Counted from the stretch's first letter, positions 44,774 through 55,559 are shown. The stretch: 64,000 bases of DNA from Synechococcus sp. (GCA_051439605.1 JBFRWN010000016.1:1-64000), one strand, 5' to 3'. The notes: generated by a model from the letters alone, not told the origin. A program made the numbers and translations.

Positions 44774-47700
44774 ATGGACATAATACGGAAAATACTTAAT
44801 TATTTGTCTAAATTTACTGAAAACAAATTTTCTAAGTCTTTAGCTGAAGCCACTCTTGAAGCAACTGATAATGGAATACTGGTTATTGATAGGAATAGAA
44901 GAGTCATCAAGTACAATTCACGTTTTGTAGAATTATGGGAAATACCCTCGGTATTGCTGAAATCAGATAAAGATGGAAAATTACTGGATTTTGTTCTAGA
45001 TCGATTAACTAATCCTCAAGAATTTCTAGATAAAGTTGCCGAGGTGTACAACCGACCGGAAGCCGAAAGCTTTGATACAATCCTTTTTAAGGATGGACGC
45101 CTTTTTGAGCATTTTTCAAGGCCGATGCGCCTGAACGGTAAAGTAATAGCAAGGGTATGGAGTTTTCGAGACATTACAGCTGCAGAAAATATTAAACGAG
45201 AACTCCGAAGAGAAATTGGATTTCGGAACACAATTATTCACACTCTACCAGATCTCATCTGGCTAAAAGATCCTGACGGTGTTTATCTCGCCTGCAATAA
45301 TCGTTTTGAAGATTTTTTCGGTGCCCCCGAACAAGAGATACTAGGCAAGATCGATTATGATTTCGTAGATGCTGAGTTGGCAGATTTTTTCCGGGAACAC
45401 GACAAGAAAGCGATGCAGAAAGGCTCCGCATCAACAAACGAAGAATGGATAACCTTTGCCAGTGATGGACACCGCGAACTTCTGGAAACAACCAAGACCC
45501 CCATGTATGACGACAATGGGGAGCTGATCGGCGTACTGGGCATTGGCCATAATATTACCGAACGGAGAAAATCAGAGGAAAAACTTAAGAAAAGTGAAGA
45601 GCAGTTTTCTCTGGCTATGCGCGGAGCCAATGACGGGCTGTGGGACTGGAATTTAGAAACAGACGAAGTCTATTACTCGCCTCGCTGGAAAAGCATGCTG
45701 GGCTATGGAGAAGATGAACTTGATAACAATATAAACACCTGGGCAAGTCTGGTTCATCCAGATGATAAAGACATTGTTTTAAAAAAGGTTCAGGATTACT
45801 TGGATGGCAAAACGGATTCATTTGAAGTTGAAATGCGTATGCAGCATAAGAACGTTCAAGAAATTTTCGTTCTATCCCGTGCTTTTCTTGTTAATCGCGA
45901 GTCTGACGGGAAAGCAGTTCGTCTGGTTGGAACCCACGTCGATATAACAGACCGAAAAAAAGCAGATGCATTTGATGATAAAAATACCGAAATCCTGGAG
46001 ATGGTTGCAACAGGAAAGCCAGCATCAGACATCTATGATGAGATCGCATTAATGTATGAGGAACGTCACCCTGGGATTCGATGTTCAATGCTTGAATTAC
46101 AGGACGGTAAACTCCTGCACGGAGGAGCACCAAGCCTACCAAAGGAATATTGTGATGCGATAAACGGTCTAAAAAACGGCCCTAATGTTGGCTCATGTGG
46201 CACATCCACTTATACCGGCCAGCGCGTTCTTGTTGAGAATATTGAAACGGATCCCAAGTGGGCCAAAATTAAACATGTGGCCCTTCCCTATGGTTTGCGT
46301 TGCTGTTGGTCTGAACCGATTAAAAATTCCTCAGGAATAGTATTAGGTGCATTTGGTATGTATTACAACCATCCTGCACTGCCTAATGAAGAGGAGCTAA
46401 ACGATCTTAAGTCTGCTGCAAGGCTTGCCGGGATTGTGATGGAGCGGGACCAAGCTCAAAAGCGTATACGTGAATTAGCCTTTACAGATGAACTAACAGG
46501 GCTTGCCAGTCGCGCTCACTTTTATCAAAACCTTGAAGCATTAATAAAAATATCTGACCGGCACAAACATCGTTTTGGTCTTCTATATATCGACTTAGAT
46601 GACTTTAAAGGTGTTAATGATAGTCTTGGGCATGATGCCGGTGACTTACTTCTCAAGGCAATTGGCAGGCGCCTGGAAAACGTCAGTCGTGAAATTGATT
46701 TTGTTGCTCGTCTCAGCGGTGATGAATTCTGCATTCTTGTTAAAGATGTAGATGATGATTATACCACTGTGCATGTTGCTCAACGTTGCCTTGAAACCAT
46801 ATCAAAACCAATCGAGCTATCTGCCAGGAAATTCACGCCGACTTGCAGTATCGGGATTGCACACTACCCTAATGATGGAAAAGATTTATCAACCCTACTA
46901 AAAGCATCAGACACCTCACTTTACGCCGCGAAGGAATGTGGAAAGAATCAGTACGCTTTCTATAAACCCGAGCTTACTCGCAAGGCAGAGTATCGTTTTC
47001 GGGTAGAGCAAAATCTAAGGGAAGCAGTCGAAAAACAACACTTGTCACTTGTTTATCAACCCCAGGTTAATATTAATACCGGCGAAATTATCGGTGTTGA
47101 GGCTTTGACACGCTGGAACCATCTACGGCTAGGCCAGGTTTCGCCAACTGAGTTTATTGCCACAGCCGAAAGAATAGGCATGATTAAGTCACTCACTGAA
47201 TGGGTATTGAGAACAGCTTGCAATCAAGCTGTTGCCTGGAAGAATGAGGGTTTTCCTGCACTCCGTATGGCTGTAAATATTTCTCCATACTATTTTCTTG
47301 ATAAGGATTTTGTGTCACTGATTAAGCGTGTTATCGATGAGACAGGAATGGTGCCTGCGGAACTGGAATTAGAGGTTACCGAGAGTGTTGTGCAGACGGA
47401 TCAACAGAATCTCTCGATTTTTAGAGACCTGAAAGAACTCGGTATTTTACTGGCAATCGATGATTTTGGAACAGGTTATTCATCTTTTGCATCTCTCAAA
47501 CACCTTACGGTTGATTCCCTGAAAATCGATAAATACTTTATTAATGACATGCTTGTCGATAATAAATCACAGCTCCTGATTGGCTGCATGATTGAAATGG
47601 CCCACAACCTCGAGCATGGAATTATCGCCGAAGGTGTTGAGACAACTGAACAATGTCGTATGCTCCAAAAGCTGGGTTGTGAGACTGCACAGGGGTATCT

Positions 47701-47797
47701 GTTTAGCAAACCCGTCAGTGCCGATGAAATATCAAAGTTTCTGAATAGTAATATTAATGATGGAAGGAGCATGTGGCCTTATGCCATCACCTCCTGA
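44774..47797 (+). CDS. PAS(x3)-GAF-GGDEF-EAL c-di-GMP enzyme
   Basis: Three PAS/PAC repeats, GAF (GSCGTS..CCWSEPI), ARLSGDEF, VEALTRW, ELEVTES, IDDFGTGYSS, IAEGVET. Confidence 0.95.
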   Translation: MDIIRKILNYLSKFTENKFSKSLAEATLEATDNGILVIDRNRRVIKYNSRFVELWEIPSVLLKSDKDGKLLDFVLDRLTNPQEFLDKVAEVYNRPEAESFDTILFKDGRLFEHFSRPMRLNGKVIARVWSFRDITAAENIKRELRREIGFRNTIIHTLPDLIWLKDPDGVYLACNNRFEDFFGAPEQEILGKIDYDFVDAELADFFREHDKKAMQKGSASTNEEWITFASDGHRELLETTKTPMYDDNGELIGVLGIGHNITERRKSEEKLKKSEEQFSLAMRGANDGLWDWNLETDEVYYSPRWKSMLGYGEDELDNNINTWASLVHPDDKDIVLKKVQDYLDGKTDSFEVEMRMQHKNVQEIFVLSRAFLVNRESDGKAVRLVGTHVDITDRKKADAFDDKNTEILEMVATGKPASDIYDEIALMYEERHPGIRCSMLELQDGKLLHGGAPSLPKEYCDAINGLKNGPNVGSCGTSTYTGQRVLVENIETDPKWAKIKHVALPYGLRCCWSEPIKNSSGIVLGAFGMYYNHPALPNEEELNDLKSAARLAGIVMERDQAQKRIRELAFTDELTGLASRAHFYQNLEALIKISDRHKHRFGLLYIDLDDFKGVNDSLGHDAGDLLLKAIGRRLENVSREIDFVARLSGDEFCILVKDVDDDYTTVHVAQRCLETISKPIELSARKFTPTCSIGIAHYPNDGKDLSTLLKASDTSLYAAKECGKNQYAFYKPELTRKAEYRFRVEQNLREAVEKQHLSLVYQPQVNINTGEIIGVEALTRWNHLRLGQVSPTEFIATAERIGMIKSLTEWVLRTACNQAVAWKNEGFPALRMAVNISPYYFLDKDFVSLIKRVIDETGMVPAELELEVTESVVQTDQQNLSIFRDLKELGILLAIDDFGTGYSSFASLKHLTVDSLKIDKYFINDMLVDNKSQLLIGCMIEMAHNLEHGIIAEGVETTEQCRMLQKLGCETAQGYLFSKPVSADEISKFLNSNINDGRSMWPYAITS

Positions 47798-47871
47798 TTT
47801 AACTAAGTAAAATAGTTCGCTGAATTGAATTCAAAGTCTCAAAGTTTCTTCGAATATAAATTGGAAAATCT

Positions 47872-50283
47872 TCAGTCAAATCGAGGAGGCAAGGTCAATG
47901 GTGAAAGGGTATTTGGATCTGCAGGAGTAGGAGCGGAAAGCGGATCGCTGGCAGCCTTGCCCTCCTCTGCTGGCGGATCGTTGGGAGTGGGATCGAACGT
48001 TTCGATCGCCACCGCCTGCACCACTTGAGTCCCGCTGGGACTGGTCACCTGCAACATCAAGGTGGTGGTGGTGGGGGACGGACTGAGCGGGAGTTCTAAG
48101 CTGCCCGAAAGTGGTACGTCACCGGGGGAAGGCAGCAACTGGGCGCTCGTGCCCTCGCTGCCCATCGCAGTCCAATTGAGCGTGAGAGGAGTGGGCAAAA
48201 TCCCATCTTCAATCGGGAGCAGTAGCTTGGGGGGGACGGGATCGCCATTCACCGTAAACGTGACAATTTGCGGCGGAGGGGCAATTGTTATGGGGCCAAT
48301 CCTCCGAGCGCGAGGGGGGGCACCTGGGACACCGCCAGGACTGACCAGAAGCTCGATCGTGTAGGTGCCAATTGTTCGAAGGCCTGTGGGGACGTTTTGG
48401 CACACCAACAGGTCACTAATAGTGCATTCTTCCTCAAGAAATGAGGGAATGCCATCGCGGAAGGAAAACAAAAATGGCTGGCCGACAGGGTCCCCTTCAG
48501 GGGTACGGACGATCGCCCGAATGTCTTGAATTTGTTCGGGGCGGGTCACGCTCCAATTGAGGGCGATACCTGCTTCGCTGACGATCGCGGGTACCGATTC
48601 GCTTGCAACAGCAGCGGACTCGACCTTGAAGTCCCGATCGGGCAACTCGGCTTCGTAGACCGTGCGATCGGTTGAAAAGTCAGTAATGCGCGGGGGAGGT
48701 GCCAGGGTAATTTGTTCGGTCTGTTGTGTTAGCGATCGGCTGCCTCTGCCTTTCTGGGGAATTAGGGTGAGCTCGAAAATGTAATCCCCTGCCCTCCGAG
48801 CATCGGTGCGGACTCCAACGCAGGAAAGCCGATCGCTCTCTTGCAGGCAAAACGGCTCTAATTCAGGGGGTAGACCTCGGTCGAATCGGTAACTAACAGG
48901 ATCGCTAGTTACCGTGCCGTCGAGCGATCTGCCGATAATTTCCAGCTCCCGGATGCGATCGGCCCGATCGATTTGCCAATTCAACCGCACGACATCCCCA
49001 TTCGCCACTGCCAGCTTTGTATCGGAAGACGCGAACTCGAGGATGGTCGGTGAGGGGGGCGGGAAGACAAACCAGCGTAAGGCAAACACCACAATCGTCA
49101 CGATTAAGGCAAATACCAACAGGGCAAAGGGCAACAGCTGCCACCAGGGACGCGCTTTCCACAACAACGTGCCCGGTAGGCTGGGGGTGGTGACGGGGTG
49201 CTGCTGGGGATCTGCCAGATCGACCGTAAAGCTGAATAGCCGCCCACCCCCCAGGATGGGTCGCCGCCATGCCGGCCAAGGCTGAACCTGCAACGGGATC
49301 GAGCGGGACTGTTGGGGTGGCAGGTGTACGTCATCTGTTTCCAGAAAATAGGAACAGGGACTGTCCTCCTCCAATGCACCAATTGTTAGCTGCACCTGGC
49401 GATCGCTGTTGCCGTTATTGATCAGTTCGATGCGGTAGCGTCCGGGTTCCCCTCCGACGTTGGTGCGCAGGCTATACAAAATCCCCTGCAGGCTGTAGAT
49501 GGGCAGAACCTGCAAGTAGACTGGCTCCAACAGAACCAACTCGGCATTGGCTTCAGAATGTAGTTGTAGGGTAGGTACGTAGCTCCCCGCGATCGCTGCT
49601 AGCGACGGGGCAATCGTGACGAGAATCCCCCCCTGCTCGCCAGGGTTGAGGGGCAAGCTATCAGAGATTTCGATCTCGCCGATGCCGACATCTTCGCGCG
49701 GATAAGCAATCTCCACCCACTCTGGAGGACAATCCCGACAACGGAGGCGAAATCGATCGACTTGCTGAGAGCGGTTATGAACTTGGACTTGTAAGGCGAA
49801 GGCGCTGCCTGGCTGAATAGAGATCGGGCGATCGGAACGGGAGGTTGGCTGGATCAAACAGGTGGGATCGTTTGCTTGAACAGCTTCCTGAATGGGCTGC
49901 ACAACTTGCAGTTCCAGCTCGCGCGAGATCGGCGTATCTTCGGGATAGGATTCGGGAGCGTCAATGACGAGCTGATAACGATAGGTACCCGTCAGCGTTC
50001 CAGCGGGTACTTGCATGACAAAGCGGACTTCTCCGCTGCGATCTGGAGCTAGAGCCATACTTTGGCGAACAGTCGCCAACCACTCTTGAAGGGGGGGAGA
50101 CAGTTCTTCTATCCAAAGATTGATGGCAGCGCTGCTAGTACCCCGATTGGTCACGGTTACATCGAGGCTAAAATTCTCTCCCGCCGCAACGCGATCGATG
50201 CCAGTAGAGGTGAGTAAGACCGCTAGAGGGTCTGGCCTGCCACTGGCGAGAGAGGTTTCGGAGATATCGAGAGAGTCTTTCAT
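47872..50283 (-). CDS. Single-pass membrane protein with three N-terminal Ig-like repeats and duplicated Cys-paired C-terminal domains
   Basis: Repeats of V.N.(G/S)..L..W..L.P..G; TM WWQLLPFALLVFALIVTIVVFAL; two PPP.I..F..LNW..F..G.P..L..C..L.C..G.Y..EL repeats. Confidence 0.8.
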   Translation of the reverse strand: MKDSLDISETSLASGRPDPLAVLLTSTGIDRVAAGENFSLDVTVTNRGTSSAAINLWIEELSPPLQEWLATVRQSMALAPDRSGEVRFVMQVPAGTLTGTYRYQLVIDAPESYPEDTPISRELELQVVQPIQEAVQANDPTCLIQPTSRSDRPISIQPGSAFALQVQVHNRSQQVDRFRLRCRDCPPEWVEIAYPREDVGIGEIEISDSLPLNPGEQGGILVTIAPSLAAIAGSYVPTLQLHSEANAELVLLEPVYLQVLPIYSLQGILYSLRTNVGGEPGRYRIELINNGNSDRQVQLTIGALEEDSPCSYFLETDDVHLPPQQSRSIPLQVQPWPAWRRPILGGGRLFSFTVDLADPQQHPVTTPSLPGTLLWKARPWWQLLPFALLVFALIVTIVVFALRWFVFPPPSPTILEFASSDTKLAVANGDVVRLNWQIDRADRIRELEIIGRSLDGTVTSDPVSYRFDRGLPPELEPFCLQESDRLSCVGVRTDARRAGDYIFELTLIPQKGRGSRSLTQQTEQITLAPPPRITDFSTDRTVYEAELPDRDFKVESAAVASESVPAIVSEAGIALNWSVTRPEQIQDIRAIVRTPEGDPVGQPFLFSFRDGIPSFLEEECTISDLLVCQNVPTGLRTIGTYTIELLVSPGGVPGAPPRARRIGPITIAPPPQIVTFTVNGDPVPPKLLLPIEDGILPTPLTLNWTAMGSEGTSAQLLPSPGDVPLSGSLELPLSPSPTTTTLMLQVTSPSGTQVVQAVAIETFDPTPNDPPAEEGKAASDPLSAPTPADPNTLSPLTLPPRFD

Positions 50284-50389
50284 AGCTTGATGAATGTCAG
50301 GCCCGTAGCTACGTTGATGACTGCTGCACTTTAACTAGCAAATCCCATGCCGGTTATTCGAGCGCTCTACAGGTTAGCAGCAGCCCACC

Positions 50390-52690
50390 TCAAGAGCGAT
50401 CGCATTGCTGCTGGAGTTCGCGATCGAGCAGATATTCGTGCAGTCGCACGCGACGATTGTCACCCCCGCTCGCCACCAACAAGCGATCGCGGAAGCGGGC
50501 AATATCGACAGAATTGATACCCCTCCGAGAACGACCCAGCGTTTGACTGGAGCCCACTCGCACCTGCTGAATGCCCGTACGGTAAATGTTCCAAACCACA
50601 ATCCGTCCATCGTCCCCCCCACTGACTAGGAAACAACCGTCATCGCTGAAGGATAAAGAGCGTACCGGCAAACCGCCGTGCCCCTGCCACCGAGCAGCCT
50701 CGACTAGCTGACATTCAGTCTGTGTCGCACACAAACTCAAGTCCCACATAGAGAGAGAGCCCTGACTGTCCGAGGCTGCCAGCAGATTGGGTTGCGACTC
50801 GGCAACCGCTAGGCTCGTAATCACGTCGCTGCTGCTGCCGCGCTGGTAGGGTAAGGCAATAGAAACACCCGTTTGGGAATCCCACAACTCAAGTCGATTG
50901 AACTGACCGGCGGCGGCTAGAAAGCGACGGTTCCGTCCGGCAAATGTCATTGCCTCGATCGCAAAACCGCTGTCCCACAGTAGCTCGGGAGTCGGTACCG
51001 CTAAACTGGCATCGGAAATCCCCAACCGGAGTTGCCACCGGTATACGCTGCCGCTGCCGTGGCCGCTGAGGAGGACTCGCGAATTGGGTTCGAATGCTAA
51101 ATCGAACACGCGATCGTCGGGATGGGATATAGCATTCTGCTTTGGTGCAAAGATGGCGCGACCTCTGCCCGACAGAAGATTCCACAGTTGCATGCTGCTG
51201 TTTTCGTAACCTGCCGCGATCCAAGTGTTCTGGATAGGGCGATAGCGAAGAACGCGCACGGCCTTATCGACTTCGGCTAACACCCCCAAAGGGACTAGGC
51301 GATTGCCTCGGATCTGCCAACGACGAATTGACCGATCGTCCGAACCACTCACCAATTCGGTGGCCGCACCGTTAAAGCGTACCGTTCGAACTGGACCGGT
51401 ATGCCCGGGGGAACGCCATAGGAGTTTTGGGACTCCGAGCGCCAGCAGCAGCAGCGCAAGTAAACTGGCCAGCTGCGCCCAGAATGGAATCAGCGGTGCC
51501 ACCCGTACTTCTAGGAGTTGAGTCTCGGGTTGGAGCTCAACCCGCGGATCGGAGAGGGTTCCCCTTGCTTCTAAACGAAAGCGACGGGTCCATCCCAAGG
51601 AGGGACGTCGCCGCCGTATCGTAACCGTCATCAGGTTGGTATTGTCACCGCTCAGTTCCACCTCAGTCGGTGTGACAGTCAGGTCTTCTTTGACTGTATG
51701 GCGGGTTTCTGCAGGAGGTAGGAGTTTGAATCGAGATAAAGCTGCTTGGAACTGGGAGAAGAATTGATTGTCAGATAAAGCTGGAGCTGAGATTAAGGCT
51801 TTATTCCGAGATAAGGCCCGGCCAGGAGATAGAGATTGAAACCGAGATGAAGTTAGGTATTCAACAGTGGCACTGACTCGCTCTTCCAGGTTGCTGCGAT
51901 TGGTCAATTCCAACTCGAAGTTTGCCTCGCCAACCCAATCTAAGCGGCGATCGGAGGGGGATACAGCCTGTTGAAATGGGGACTGACAGGACAGCTCTAC
52001 TGCCCCGATTGGCTGCACTTCTAGCGTTCCGGAAACTGCAAAATCATCGGGAAAATCAACCGGAACAATGGATAGGGGATAGATCTGACTGCGGGCTTGG
52101 AGGGAGTTGGGAATTTCGCAAGCAAAGATCGCCTGACCCGATTTTCGAGGAGGGATTTGAATCCGTCGCACGTTTCCGTCCACCAACCAGTCTGCGGCCA
52201 GTCCTTGGCATTGCACCTCGATAGCGATTGCCTGCGAGTTGGGATTGTTAACTTGGGCAACGATATCGAGGCGATCTCCCGGACACCCTTTCAGGTTGGG
52301 CACATCTAAAGCCAACTCGATCGGCAGAATTGCGGTGCCGCCGATGCTCAACCGCACGAGCTGACGTTCCTCCGTCCCTAACTCCAGGGCAAAAATCCGG
52401 ACGGTCAGATCGATGTCCCCGGCAAAGTAGGGAATAGGTTCATCTACAATTTCAATTCCGAATTGGGCGCGATCGCCGGGGGGGACCTTAGCACTAATGG
52501 CCGGAGTAAGTCGGTACCACTGCCGATGTTCGCTCCCAGCCCCTCCTGCAGCAATGACATCTATGCGAAAGGTTGCAAACCGATCGCTGGTGTTGACCAC
52601 CGATGCCACAAAGCTTGTGGGGGGACCGCCAGGATCGTATGTCAGCCGACTGGGCTGAATGCTGGTGCTAGTGGCACTAGCAGTGCTCAT
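50390..52690 (-). CDS. Single-pass membrane protein: Ig-like repeats + TM + WD40 beta-propeller
   Basis: GHTGPVRTVRF..LVSGSDDRSIRRW, GHGGLPVRSLSFS..LVSGGDDGRIVVW; TM FWAQLASLLALLLLALGV. Confidence 0.85.
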   Translation of the reverse strand: MSTASATSTSIQPSRLTYDPGGPPTSFVASVVNTSDRFATFRIDVIAAGGAGSEHRQWYRLTPAISAKVPPGDRAQFGIEIVDEPIPYFAGDIDLTVRIFALELGTEERQLVRLSIGGTAILPIELALDVPNLKGCPGDRLDIVAQVNNPNSQAIAIEVQCQGLAADWLVDGNVRRIQIPPRKSGQAIFACEIPNSLQARSQIYPLSIVPVDFPDDFAVSGTLEVQPIGAVELSCQSPFQQAVSPSDRRLDWVGEANFELELTNRSNLEERVSATVEYLTSSRFQSLSPGRALSRNKALISAPALSDNQFFSQFQAALSRFKLLPPAETRHTVKEDLTVTPTEVELSGDNTNLMTVTIRRRRPSLGWTRRFRLEARGTLSDPRVELQPETQLLEVRVAPLIPFWAQLASLLALLLLALGVPKLLWRSPGHTGPVRTVRFNGAATELVSGSDDRSIRRWQIRGNRLVPLGVLAEVDKAVRVLRYRPIQNTWIAAGYENSSMQLWNLLSGRGRAIFAPKQNAISHPDDRVFDLAFEPNSRVLLSGHGSGSVYRWQLRLGISDASLAVPTPELLWDSGFAIEAMTFAGRNRRFLAAAGQFNRLELWDSQTGVSIALPYQRGSSSDVITSLAVAESQPNLLAASDSQGSLSMWDLSLCATQTECQLVEAARWQGHGGLPVRSLSFSDDGCFLVSGGDDGRIVVWNIYRTGIQQVRVGSSQTLGRSRRGINSVDIARFRDRLLVASGGDNRRVRLHEYLLDRELQQQCDRS

Positions 52691-52772
52691 GCGTTTCCTC
52701 TCCTTGTGGCGTGTTTGCTGCTGTCCAGCCGCTTAGGACAGATCGTCAGCCAAAACTTTATAGGACTTGAGT

Positions 52773-54128
52773 TTATTCGTTCTGACGCTGGCGGAGGGAG
52801 CGAGCGCGATGCAGAAGTGCTTGGTATTGAGCTGTCCCTTGAATGGCATTCCGCTTTTTTTCTTTGGCAAATTCCTGGTTGAGGTGTTCGATTTCATCTT
52901 TGAAGCCCGAGATGTTATCGCTAATTGTCAGGCCCATTTCCTGAAACAGTTGGGCCAGTTCGCCGAGTTCGTCAGAGCGGGACGACAGATCTTTTAGGGA
53001 GTCGGGATCGAAGGCATCAGCCTCAATGTCGCTGGCTGCCTTTCCTAAACGAGCAATGGGTGTAGCAATCCAGCGTGTGCTGGCAATCACCCCTAACACC
53101 GCAGCCACAACCACCAGCACGATCGCCAGCACGAGAGTCTGGATAGCGCTGTCCTGAAGCGAGCCGACAAACTCAGCTTGGGGAACGATCGCGATCGCTA
53201 CCCAATTGGGCAGCCAGTCCCGTTCCTGCCGCAGCGGTGCGGTCGCCACTAGATTGGGTTCCTTCAGAATAGTTAGGATGTTTACGCCTTCGCAGGTGCC
53301 AGAGCATTCGAAGTTGTTGTTCACCCATTCGTCGAAGGGACGTGGCTCCTGTGAAGGAATCAAAGGGTCGCTGCTGCCAATTTGTCGGACGTAGAGTTCG
53401 GCCTTGGGGTTAACGGCCTTACTGATGGCTTCGAGATTATTCCGCAGCTGATCGATGGGAATGTCCACAGCGAGAACCCCCAAAAATTCACCGGCAGGAT
53501 CGTATAGAGCAACCGACGCCGTAAATCCCCAGACCCCGCTGGCAAACTTGTAAAGCTCCCCCAAAACTGGTTCGTTCGACTCGAGCGCATCAGTGTACCA
53601 AGGGCGAGTTCTGGGATCGAACTCACGGGGTTCCCCCGTTTTTTCAGGGGGTGAGTTGCCCTCGGTACCTAATTGGTAAGTTTGCACGACGATGGTGTTG
53701 TCGATCGCCCTACCTTGGTCAAGGGTGAAGCCGCTGTCTGCTTGCTTCAGGTTGGAATAGAGTCCGACTGAGCTAGCGAAGAGCATGGACTCAATGCTTG
53801 ACCCTGCCAGCACTTGTCCTAATAGGAAGTTGGCCAGCTCTTCGAGACAAAGATCTTCCTGCGCAATCTGCTGGCAATTTCTACCTAAATCGAGGTTGCC
53901 GCTGCGAACTGCCGTGGCGTGAGTCTGCAGATTCAGCCACGGCACATCTAAGTAAGAGACGATGCGGGAGCGACTGCGCTCGATCAAATTCCCCCCCAGC
54001 GTTACGGACATGCTATCGATCGCTTCCTTGCCCCCCTTGAACGATAACCATTCCAACACCCCTGCCGTCAGAACTAGCGGCACCACAATCATGAGAGGTA
54101 GAATCAACCGAATTGAGGTAAAGCGCAT
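52773..54128 (-). CDS. TM-dCache-TM-HAMP sensor protein without an output domain
   Basis: FDPRTRPWY..GVLAVDI Cache motif; HAMP PIARLGKAA..DELGELAQLFQEM; short coiled C-terminal tail. Confidence 0.85.
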   Translation of the reverse strand: MRFTSIRLILPLMIVVPLVLTAGVLEWLSFKGGKEAIDSMSVTLGGNLIERSRSRIVSYLDVPWLNLQTHATAVRSGNLDLGRNCQQIAQEDLCLEELANFLLGQVLAGSSIESMLFASSVGLYSNLKQADSGFTLDQGRAIDNTIVVQTYQLGTEGNSPPEKTGEPREFDPRTRPWYTDALESNEPVLGELYKFASGVWGFTASVALYDPAGEFLGVLAVDIPIDQLRNNLEAISKAVNPKAELYVRQIGSSDPLIPSQEPRPFDEWVNNNFECSGTCEGVNILTILKEPNLVATAPLRQERDWLPNWVAIAIVPQAEFVGSLQDSAIQTLVLAIVLVVVAAVLGVIASTRWIATPIARLGKAASDIEADAFDPDSLKDLSSRSDELGELAQLFQEMGLTISDNISGFKDEIEHLNQEFAKEKKRNAIQGTAQYQALLHRARSLRQRQNE

Positions 54129-54197
54129 GGGCAGAAACTCTGTGTTGAAGGAAAGGCAAGAGTGGGGGTATCTCTAGCAGAAATCCAATCGCCAGCA

Positions 54198-55559
54198 CTA
54201 ACGCGGAGGGGATCGATCGGCTGCCGGTGGGGAGCACTGCTGCAACTGCATTAACTGCCGCCTTTGCCAGGCAAAGTAGAGAATATTGATGCCCAACTCC
54301 TGGGCGGCGCGAATGGTCTCGCGGGGGTAATTCAAGGCGGAATCCGGCCCCCAAGCAGAGGTCAAATCGCCGATCGCCAGCACCATTCCCTGCCAGTAAC
54401 AGATCTGAGTGGCGCGGTTCCCGACCGGTGGAAATTGTCCAAAGGCAAAGGGCTGATTGCGCAGGGGATGCTCGCGACCCAACTGACCGCTATCGGAGGA
54501 GTCTTGCGATAGCTGGACATCCATATTCCGCTCGAAGGCTAGCCGTAATTCCAGTACGCGCTGTTCTAGATTGGCCTGCAGCTCCCTCAATTCCGCCTTC
54601 ATTTCCTCGCGAACATCCTCTAGGTCTTCCCGACTTTCGGTTTCGGCGATCGCTTTTTCGAGTTTGAACTCAACGTCGGACAGTTCGTCGATTGTCGTCT
54701 CTGAAGATGCCACCGTCTCCAGCAGGACTCCACCAGAGGAGAGAAATTGCCGCAGAGTTTCCTTGATTGCGGGACCGAGGGCGGGCAGCTGGGTGTGCTC
54801 GGCACAGACTAGGTCGAAAGCCCAAGGGGCGGGGGGGGGATTGGACAGCTGGAGAACCTGCACCGGTGCCCCCTGTAAGGAGGGAAATAACACTTGGAGA
54901 GACTGCAACAGAGCATTGATGCTACCCATGAATTCGGGATCGGCACCCTCTGTCCCCGCCAAAATAGCCACTCGAACCAACCCTAGCGGACGAGCGCGCA
55001 CCGGATGGCGAAAGCGCAAGTCTAGTTGGTTTTGGCCTGGAGCGAACACATCGGGGGCGGGGGCAAGTTGAATGGTGTTGGGAGACAGCAGGATACGGCA
55101 TACTTCCACCTCGCCTTCATCTGGCTGACGCACGATCTCGTCAATCCGAAACGTCTCCCGCACGCGATCGGTTTGAGCGGGAGCTTCCAGGCGATCGGGA
55201 TCGACATAGCGGAGGACAACATAGACGGTAACGGGCTCGGGGGTAGAGGGGTGGTATGAAATACGGAAGTGCATGGGCTCTGGAACCACGATCGGATTGC
55301 CCCAGAGGTCAATCGCAACGCCGGGCTGCAGTAGAATCCAGCGGTTGTCCCGATATCTAGAGGCAATCTCAGCAGGAGGGTCGACAACCGCAACCCCCAG
55401 TCCGCAGACAATTCCCGGCTGCTGCAAAGACTGATAGTGCAAATTTTGGCGCTGACGGTGGTAATTATGGGCCAGACGCCAGCGATCCGCATCGATTGGC
55501 AGTCCGTTGGTTACCTGCAGGCGTTCGAAGATTTTTGGACTGGGAGGGGAGGGCATCAT
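54198..55559 (-). CDS. CIS-associated conserved protein (N-terminal baseplate/fibre-attachment-like region + DUF4159-like C-terminus)
   Basis: ERL..GL..D.W..YHRQRQ..GIVCGLGV..PGVAID..GN.IVV N-terminus; LRQFLSSGG..HPL..PF.F..A.ELGINIL C-terminus; central coiled coil. Confidence 0.65.
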   Translation of the reverse strand: MMPSPPSPKIFERLQVTNGLPIDADRWRLAHNYHRQRQNLHYQSLQQPGIVCGLGVAVVDPPAEIASRYRDNRWILLQPGVAIDLWGNPIVVPEPMHFRISYHPSTPEPVTVYVVLRYVDPDRLEAPAQTDRVRETFRIDEIVRQPDEGEVEVCRILLSPNTIQLAPAPDVFAPGQNQLDLRFRHPVRARPLGLVRVAILAGTEGADPEFMGSINALLQSLQVLFPSLQGAPVQVLQLSNPPPAPWAFDLVCAEHTQLPALGPAIKETLRQFLSSGGVLLETVASSETTIDELSDVEFKLEKAIAETESREDLEDVREEMKAELRELQANLEQRVLELRLAFERNMDVQLSQDSSDSGQLGREHPLRNQPFAFGQFPPVGNRATQICYWQGMVLAIGDLTSAWGPDSALNYPRETIRAAQELGINILYFAWQRRQLMQLQQCSPPAADRSPPR

